DNA of 32,918 nucleotides, taken from Acidimicrobiia bacterium. GTDB lineage: Bacteria > Acidobacteriota > Vicinamibacteria > Vicinamibacterales > UBA2999. This document shows positions 28,232 through 32,918 of this stretch, one piece after another (the stretch's first letter is position 1; each line of letters opens with the position of its first letter). The notes under the pieces are model-generated. The model made no database searches and was not told where the DNA came from. It was given only the letters and a program-made list of their open reading frames with translations. The DNA is taken from assembly GCA_043779345.1 (NCBI GenBank), contig JAYWEJ010000313.1:1-32918 (forward strand), given 5' to 3'. The position numbers and the translations under genes were made by a program.

Positions 28232-29182
28232 ATGCCGCTGCGTGTCGTCTTCTTCGGCACACCGGCTTTCGCGGTGCCGACGCTCGAGCACCTCGTAAAT
28301 TCGCCGCACCAGGTGGTTGGCGTGATTACGCAGCCCGACAAGCCGCGCGGCCGCGGGCAGCAGATCACGGATGGCCCGGTGAAGTCGCTGGCCACGTCGT
28401 TGCGGCTGCCGGTGCTGCAGCCGGTCAGGCTGGCCCGCGACCAGTTCGAGGTGCCGTTTGCGCCGCTCCAGGCCGACATCGGCGTGGTCGCCGCCTACGG
28501 CAAGATCCTTCCCGACTGGCTGCTCGCCACGCCCCGTTTCGGCCTGATCAACGTGCACGCCTCGCTGCTGCCGCGGTATCGCGGCGCATCGCCCGTCCAT
28601 CGCGCCGTGATCAACGGCGATCCCGAAACCGGCGTCACGATCATGCGCGTCGTCAAGCAGCTCGATGCCGGCCCGATGCTGCGGTCGGCGCGCATTCCCA
28701 TCGGCACCGACGACACGACGACCATTGTCGAAGCGAGGCTGGCGATTCGCGGTGCGGAGCTGCTCGTGGAGGCACTGGCGACGATCGAGGCCGGCACCGC
28801 GCGCGAGACGCCGCAGGACGGATCGCTCGTCACCCACGCGCCGAAGCTGGCCAAGGCGGAAGGGCTCGTCGACTGGACGCTGCCGGCGCCGCAGATTCAC
28901 AACCTGGTTCGCGGCTTGTGGCCCTGGCCGCACGCCTATACCTACCTCGGTCAAACGCGGTACATCCTTCACCGCTCGCGCCTGTCAACTCGGCCGACGC
29001 TGAACGAGCCTCCAGGAACGATCGTTCACGCCACGGCGATCGATGGTCTGCACGTGGTGTGCGGCGATCGCACCACGCTCGAGCTCGTCGATCTGCAACT
29101 CGAAGGCAAACGGGTGATGAGCGCCCGGGCCACGATGGCCGCGAAGACCCTCGTGGACGGCGCCCGCTTCTCGCAGCCATGA
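28232..29182 (+). CDS. fmt: methionyl-tRNA formyltransferase
   Basis: 316 aa with VVFFGTPAFAVP and INVHASLLPRYRGASP. Confidence 0.95.
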   Translation: MPLRVVFFGTPAFAVPTLEHLVNSPHQVVGVITQPDKPRGRGQQITDGPVKSLATSLRLPVLQPVRLARDQFEVPFAPLQADIGVVAAYGKILPDWLLATPRFGLINVHASLLPRYRGASPVHRAVINGDPETGVTIMRVVKQLDAGPMLRSARIPIGTDDTTTIVEARLAIRGAELLVEALATIEAGTARETPQDGSLVTHAPKLAKAEGLVDWTLPAPQIHNLVRGLWPWPHAYTYLGQTRYILHRSRLSTRPTLNEPPGTIVHATAIDGLHVVCGDRTTLELVDLQLEGKRVMSARATMAAKTLVDGARFSQP

Positions 29183-30480
29183 TCGCGCCCGCGAGGCGTG
29201 CGGCGGTCGACGCGCTCGCCGTGATCGATGCCGGCGATCTCGACATGGGCAGCGCCATCGCGCGCGCGCGCGCCGGCCTCACCGACGAGCGCGACCGCGC
29301 CTTGCTGCTCGAGCTCGTCACCGGCACCTTGCGGATGCAGGCGGCCCTCGACTATCAGCTGTCCCGGCGCGTCAAGCGCCCCCTCGAGAAACTGGATGCC
29401 GCCGTCCTGCGCGTGCTCAGGATGAGCGCCTTTCAGCTGGTCTACCTGTCGCGGCAGCCGGCATCGGCGGTCATCAACGACGCGGTGGAACTGACGCGCC
29501 GGTCCGGCAAGACGAGCGCCGCGGGTCTCACCAACGCGGTGTTGCGTTCGCTGGCGCGGGAGCGGGAGGCGCTGTCGTGGCCGTCGCGCGCGAATCTGCT
29601 CGAACATCTCTCGGTCGTGCATTCGCATCCCGGCTGGCTCGTCGAACGCTGGCTTGGCAGGTACGGTGAGGCGTCGACCGAAGCGTGGCTGGCGTTCAAC
29701 AACCAGCCGGCGGCGATGTGCCTTGCGGTCAACCGTCACCTGACAACCCGTGAAGCGGCCGCGCGAGAGCTTGCCGATGCCGGCGTCGTGACGACGCCAA
29801 CCGAGCGTGCCGCGCATGGCCTCCGCGTGATCGAGGGACGTGCGCTCAGCACCGCCGCATTCGTCGAGGGCCGGGTGATCGTGCAGGACGAAGCCTCGCA
29901 ACTGATCGCCGAGCTGGTGTCGCCGCCTGCCGGCGCAGTCGCGCTCGATCTCTGCGCGTCTCCCGGAGGCAAGACGCTGGCAATCAGTGCCGCGGTTGGC
30001 GCGGGCGGGGTCGTGATTGCTTCGGATGTTCGCGCTCCGCGCGTGCGGCTGCTGGCGAGCACGCTGGGGCGATGCCGCGTGCCGAACGCGAAGGTGGTGC
30101 ACGTTCCGGCGGAGGGACCGCTGCCCTTCACGCCGGACATATTCGACTTCATCCTCATCGATGCGCCGTGCTCCGGCCTCGGCACGGTTCGACGCGATCC
30201 CGACATCCGCTGGCGGCGGTCGCCGGACGACCTGCCGCGCTTCGCCGCCGCGCAGCACGAGCTGCTGTCGCGCGCTGCCGGCCTCGTCAAGCCCGGGGGC
30301 CGGTTGCTCTACTCGACGTGCTCGAGCGAGCCCGAAGAGAACGAGGATGTGGTCGCCGCGTTCCTCGGCGTCCGCGCCGATTTCTCGCAAGAGCGCACGC
30401 ATCAAACCCTGCCGTTTCGCGACGGCCTCGAGGCGTTCTACGGCTCAGTCCTTCGTAGAACGTCAGTAGAACGCACGTAG
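29179..30480 (+). CDS. rsmB: 16S rRNA (cytosine967-C5)-methyltransferase
   Basis: The in-frame ATG at 29179 within track ORF 28918..30480 forms an ATGA overlap with the fmt stop. It has a NusB-like N-terminus and the motifs DLCASPGGKT, IDAPCSGLGT and LLYSTCS. The product is 433 aa. Confidence 0.9.
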   Translation: MIAPARRAAVDALAVIDAGDLDMGSAIARARAGLTDERDRALLLELVTGTLRMQAALDYQLSRRVKRPLEKLDAAVLRVLRMSAFQLVYLSRQPASAVINDAVELTRRSGKTSAAGLTNAVLRSLAREREALSWPSRANLLEHLSVVHSHPGWLVERWLGRYGEASTEAWLAFNNQPAAMCLAVNRHLTTREAAARELADAGVVTTPTERAAHGLRVIEGRALSTAAFVEGRVIVQDEASQLIAELVSPPAGAVALDLCASPGGKTLAISAAVGAGGVVIASDVRAPRVRLLASTLGRCRVPNAKVVHVPAEGPLPFTPDIFDFILIDAPCSGLGTVRRDPDIRWRRSPDDLPRFAAAQHELLSRAAGLVKPGGRLLYSTCSSEPEENEDVVAAFLGVRADFSQERTHQTLPFRDGLEAFYGSVLRRTSVERT

Positions 30481-30504
30481 AACCTGCGTAGAACGCTGTA
30501 GTAC
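30455..30504 (+). repeat. five tandem direct repeats with 11-nt period (GTAGAAC x4 plus GTAGTAC)
   Basis: GTAGAAC occurs at 30455, 30466, 30477 and 30488, and GTAGTAC at 30498. The 4-nt spacers are variable. The array spans the last codons and TAG stop of rsmB (30478-30480) and ends 10 nt before the PASTA gene start. Confidence 0.85.
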
Positions 30505-30514
30505 CATTGCTCTG

Positions 30515-31243
30515 TTGGCAACAGCCCTCAAGACCCGCGTCTGGAGCTACGGCAAGATCCTCGTGCTCGCAGGCGCCCTCGCGGTCACATTTTTCGTGTT
30601 TGCCGGGATCGCGATGCGCGTCGCCGTTCGTGCCCGCCAGGTCAGCGTTCCCGATCTGGTCGGCAAGTCGCTCGCCGACGCCACTAACCTCGCCTCCACG
30701 CTCGATCTGCAGCTGCGCATTGACGAAGCGCGCCGCCCCGACGCCAAAGTGCCGGTGGGTTTCGTGATCGGACAGGATCCGGCGTCAGGATCGACGGTGC
30801 GGCGGCAGCGCAGCGTCCGCGTCTGGGTCAGCGCCGGCGCGCGCATCGCGCGCGCACCGAGCCTGCTGGGTGAAACGCAGCGGTCCGCCGAGATTCGTGT
30901 CGCTCAGGACGGCCTGATGATTGGCACCGTCTCCGAAATCCGATCGGGGCTGTATCCGCCCGACGTCGTGATCGCGCAGGATCCGCCGCCGGCGACGCAG
31001 ACCGCGGAGGTTCGCCTGCTGGTCAATCGCGGTGAGGACCGCGCCACCTACATCATGCCCGACCTGATCGGCACCAACGGCGATCGCGCCGCTGACCTGA
31101 TGCGCGTGCGCGGCTTCCGTGTCTCGATCACCGCGCAATCCGCGGCGTCGGCGATTCCGCCGGGCGTGGTCGTGCGGCAGACACCGGCCGGCGGTTACCA
31201 GGTGCATCCCGGCGACGCGATCTCTCTCGAGGTGAGCCGGTGA
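30515..31243 (+). CDS. membrane-anchored protein with three PASTA domains and no kinase or PBP domain
   Basis: 242 aa with an apparent TTG start. The frame opens at 30470, and the only other candidates are ATT at 30506 and CTG at 30512. The TM helix is ILVLAGALAVTFFVFAGIAM. Three roughly 65-aa repeats follow, of the type VPDLVGKSLADA...VIGQDPASGSTV...V.VWVS. Confidence 0.8.
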   Translation: MATALKTRVWSYGKILVLAGALAVTFFVFAGIAMRVAVRARQVSVPDLVGKSLADATNLASTLDLQLRIDEARRPDAKVPVGFVIGQDPASGSTVRRQRSVRVWVSAGARIARAPSLLGETQRSAEIRVAQDGLMIGTVSEIRSGLYPPDVVIAQDPPPATQTAEVRLLVNRGEDRATYIMPDLIGTNGDRAADLMRVRGFRVSITAQSAASAIPPGVVVRQTPAGGYQVHPGDAISLEVSR

Positions 31244-31935
31244 CCCTTCGACCGGGCTCAGGGCAGGTGATCCGCCTCGCCCCGTCGGTTCTCGCCGCTG
31301 ATTTCGCGAATCTTGGCGCCGAGATCGCGGCGGCCACCCGCGGCGGCGCCGACCAGGTGCATGTCGATGTGATGGACGGCCACTTCGTGCCCAACATCTC
31401 GATTGGCGTGCCGGTCGTGAAGTCGTTGAAGAAGGCGACCAGCCTGCCGCTCGATGTGCACCTGATGATCGAGGACCCCGATCGCTACCTCGAGGCGTTC
31501 ATCGACGCGGGCGCGAACATGGTCTCGGTGCACGTCGAAGTGCTGCCCCACCTGCATCGCACCATCAGCCAGATCAAGAAACTCGGCGCCAAGGCCGGCG
31601 TGGTGCTGAATCCGTCGACACCGGTCGCCGCCATCGAAGAGATCGCCGCCGACGTCGATTTCGTGCTGGTGATGTCCGTCAATCCCGGGTTCGGCGGACA
31701 GGTGTTCATTCCGCACACCCTCAAGAAGATCGCGAGCGTCCGCGCGCTGCTCGATCGCGCGGGCAACCGCGCGCCGATCGAGGTGGATGGCGGCATCGAC
31801 CTCACCACCGTCGAAAGCGTCGTCAAGGCCGGGGCCGAATGGCTCGTCGCCGGCCAGGCGATCTTCGGGAGCGGCGACGCCGAGAAGGCGGCAAAGGCGA
31901 TCAAGGACAAGGCCATCGCGGCCGCGAAGGGATGA
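31240..31935 (+). CDS. rpe: ribulose-phosphate 3-epimerase
   Basis: 231 aa with a GTG start in a GTGA overlap with the PASTA gene stop. Motifs HVDVMDGHFVPN and MSVNPGFGGQ are present. Confidence 0.94.
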   Translation: MTLRPGSGQVIRLAPSVLAADFANLGAEIAAATRGGADQVHVDVMDGHFVPNISIGVPVVKSLKKATSLPLDVHLMIEDPDRYLEAFIDAGANMVSVHVEVLPHLHRTISQIKKLGAKAGVVLNPSTPVAAIEEIAADVDFVLVMSVNPGFGGQVFIPHTLKKIASVRALLDRAGNRAPIEVDGGIDLTTVESVVKAGAEWLVAGQAIFGSGDAEKAAKAIKDKAIAAAKG

Positions 31936-32321
31936 GCTCCTCCCTGGTGCGGGTGCGCTACGCTGAAACGGACAAGATGGGTGTCGTTTACCACTCGAAC
32001 TACCTGATCTGGTTCGAGATTGGCCGGACCGACTGGTTGAGGGAGACCGGCTGCACGTATCGCGACCTGGAAGCCGACGGCATCCAGCTGCCGGTGATCG
32101 AGGCGCACTGCGAATACCGGCAGGGCGCGCGCTACGACGATGAGGTCGAGATTCTCACGCAGGCGAAGAAGCTGTCGCCGGTGCGGGTGCAATTTGATTA
32201 CGAAGCGATCCGGCGCGCCGACGGCGCCCGGCTCGCCACGGGCCACACGGTGCACGCGTCCGTCGATCGCGACGGCCGTCCGGTGCGGATGCCCGACCGC
32301 GTAAAGGATTTGTTCGCGTGA
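31932..32321 (+). CDS. acyl-CoA thioesterase, 4HBT/YbgC family
   Basis: The in-frame ATG at 31932 within track ORF 31839..32321 forms an ATGA overlap with the rpe stop. The segment VRYAETDKMGVVYHSNY is a typical hotdog-fold active-site region. The product is 129 aa. Confidence 0.85.
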   Translation: MSSSLVRVRYAETDKMGVVYHSNYLIWFEIGRTDWLRETGCTYRDLEADGIQLPVIEAHCEYRQGARYDDEVEILTQAKKLSPVRVQFDYEAIRRADGARLATGHTVHASVDRDGRPVRMPDRVKDLFA

Positions 32322-32918
32322 ATGCATTAGTGACGGGGGGCGCCGGATTTATCGGGTCCCACTTGAGCGAGCGATTGCTCGACCAGGGCGCGCGGGTGCG
32401 CGCCATCGACGCGTTCACGGATTTCTATCCAAGGCCGTTGAAGGAGCGCAATCTCGCCAACCTGCGCGGCCGCGAGCGCTACGAGTTCATCGAGGGCGAT
32501 CTCCGCGCTCTCGATCTGCCGACACACCTTGACGGCATCACGCACGTCTTTCATCTCGCGGCGCAGGCCGGCGTGCGCCGCAGCTGGGGCTCCGAGTTCG
32601 GCGTCTACACCGGCCTCAACGTCGATGCCACGCAGCGGCTGCTCGAAGCCTGCGTGAAGAAGCCGATCGAGCGCCTCGTTTACGCGTCGAGCTCGTCGGT
32701 TTATGGCGACGATGTGGCGATTCCGATGGTGGAGACGGCGCTGCCGCAGCCGGTGTCGCCGTACGGCGTGACCAAGCTCGCCGCCGAACAGCTCTGCCAC
32801 CTCTATCACGTGAACTTCGGCGTGCCCTGCGTGTCGCTGCGCTACTTCACCGTGTACGGCCCGCGGCAGCGTCCGGACATGGGTTTCAACCGCTTTTTTA
32901 CGGCGATTCTGCAGGGCA
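32318..32918 (+). CDS. NAD-dependent epimerase/dehydratase (extended SDR), 3' end truncated by the window
   Basis: This ORF is not in the track because no stop lies before the window end. The GTG at 32318 forms a GTGA overlap with the thioesterase stop and gives VNALVTGGAGFIGSH.... The YxxxK motif is present (SPYGVTKLAAE), as is RYFTVYGPRQRPDM. Confidence 0.85.
   Translation, partial: MNALVTGGAGFIGSHLSERLLDQGARVRAIDAFTDFYPRPLKERNLANLRGRERYEFIEGDLRALDLPTHLDGITHVFHLAAQAGVRRSWGSEFGVYTGLNVDATQRLLEACVKKPIERLVYASSSSVYGDDVAIPMVETALPQPVSPYGVTKLAAEQLCHLYHVNFGVPCVSLRYFTVYGPRQRPDMGFNRFFTAILQG

Noticed and set aside
30455-30504. The GTAGAAC array as a TRAP-like (G/U)AG RNA-binding site, which is tempting given the trp genes in the window.
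   Set aside because: TRAP sites have about 9-11 triplets separated by 2-3 nt. Here the UAG triplets are 8 nt apart, only five exist, the locus is not upstream of trp genes, and no mtrB-like gene is visible.

Overview
This is a visibly GC-rich, very compact bacterial chromosomal segment with strong G/C third-position bias. I call about 32 protein-coding genes. I saw no rRNA, tRNA, CRISPR array or mobile element by eye. All protein calls rest on motifs I recognise in the supplied translations; no database search was possible. The lineage cannot be fixed from sequence alone. The gene content (ECF sigma with a ZAS anti-sigma, a sigma-54 activator, an S55 peptidase, TPR and standalone PASTA proteins) is compatible with an Acidobacteriota-like soil bacterium, at low confidence.

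Layout:
- 7-4679, mostly minus strand: small membrane ORF, pepA, a divergent secreted protein, a beta-helix membrane protein and scoAB.
- 4732-14944, minus strand: a roughly 10.2-kb aromatic amino-acid supraoperon. Its order is aroD/aroE fusion, trpE, trpG, trpD, trpC, trpF, trpB, trpA, chorismate mutase, DAHP synthase, tyrA.
- 15244-19337, plus strand: a SpoIVB-like S55 peptidase translationally coupled to a beta-propeller protein.
- 19360-20900, minus strand: a ZAS anti-sigma factor and an ECF sigma factor, with a divergent TPR protein at 20961-22346.
- 22353-26425, minus strand: a sigma-54 activator followed by two Opp/Dpp-type ABC permeases.
- 26491-32918, plus strand: aroC, def, fmt, rsmB, a PASTA protein, rpe, a thioesterase and a partial SDR epimerase.

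Most interesting observations:
1. The 299-nt gap upstream of the aro-trp operon holds a short ORF that is not in the ORF track. It contains TGG-TGG-TAT-TGG (W-W-Y-W). An intrinsic terminator and complementary antiterminator segments follow it. Together these form a candidate ribosome-mediated Trp attenuator controlling the whole supraoperon.
2. Five tandem 11-nt-phased GTAGAAC repeats span the rsmB stop and the upstream region of a kinase-less PASTA gene.
3. The S55 (SpoIVB-type) protease has its Ser motif before its His motif, and it lies next to an ECF/anti-sigma pair.
4. Several smaller phased repeats and an AT-rich island lie inside the operon.

I cannot tell from the sequence alone whether any of these is already described.
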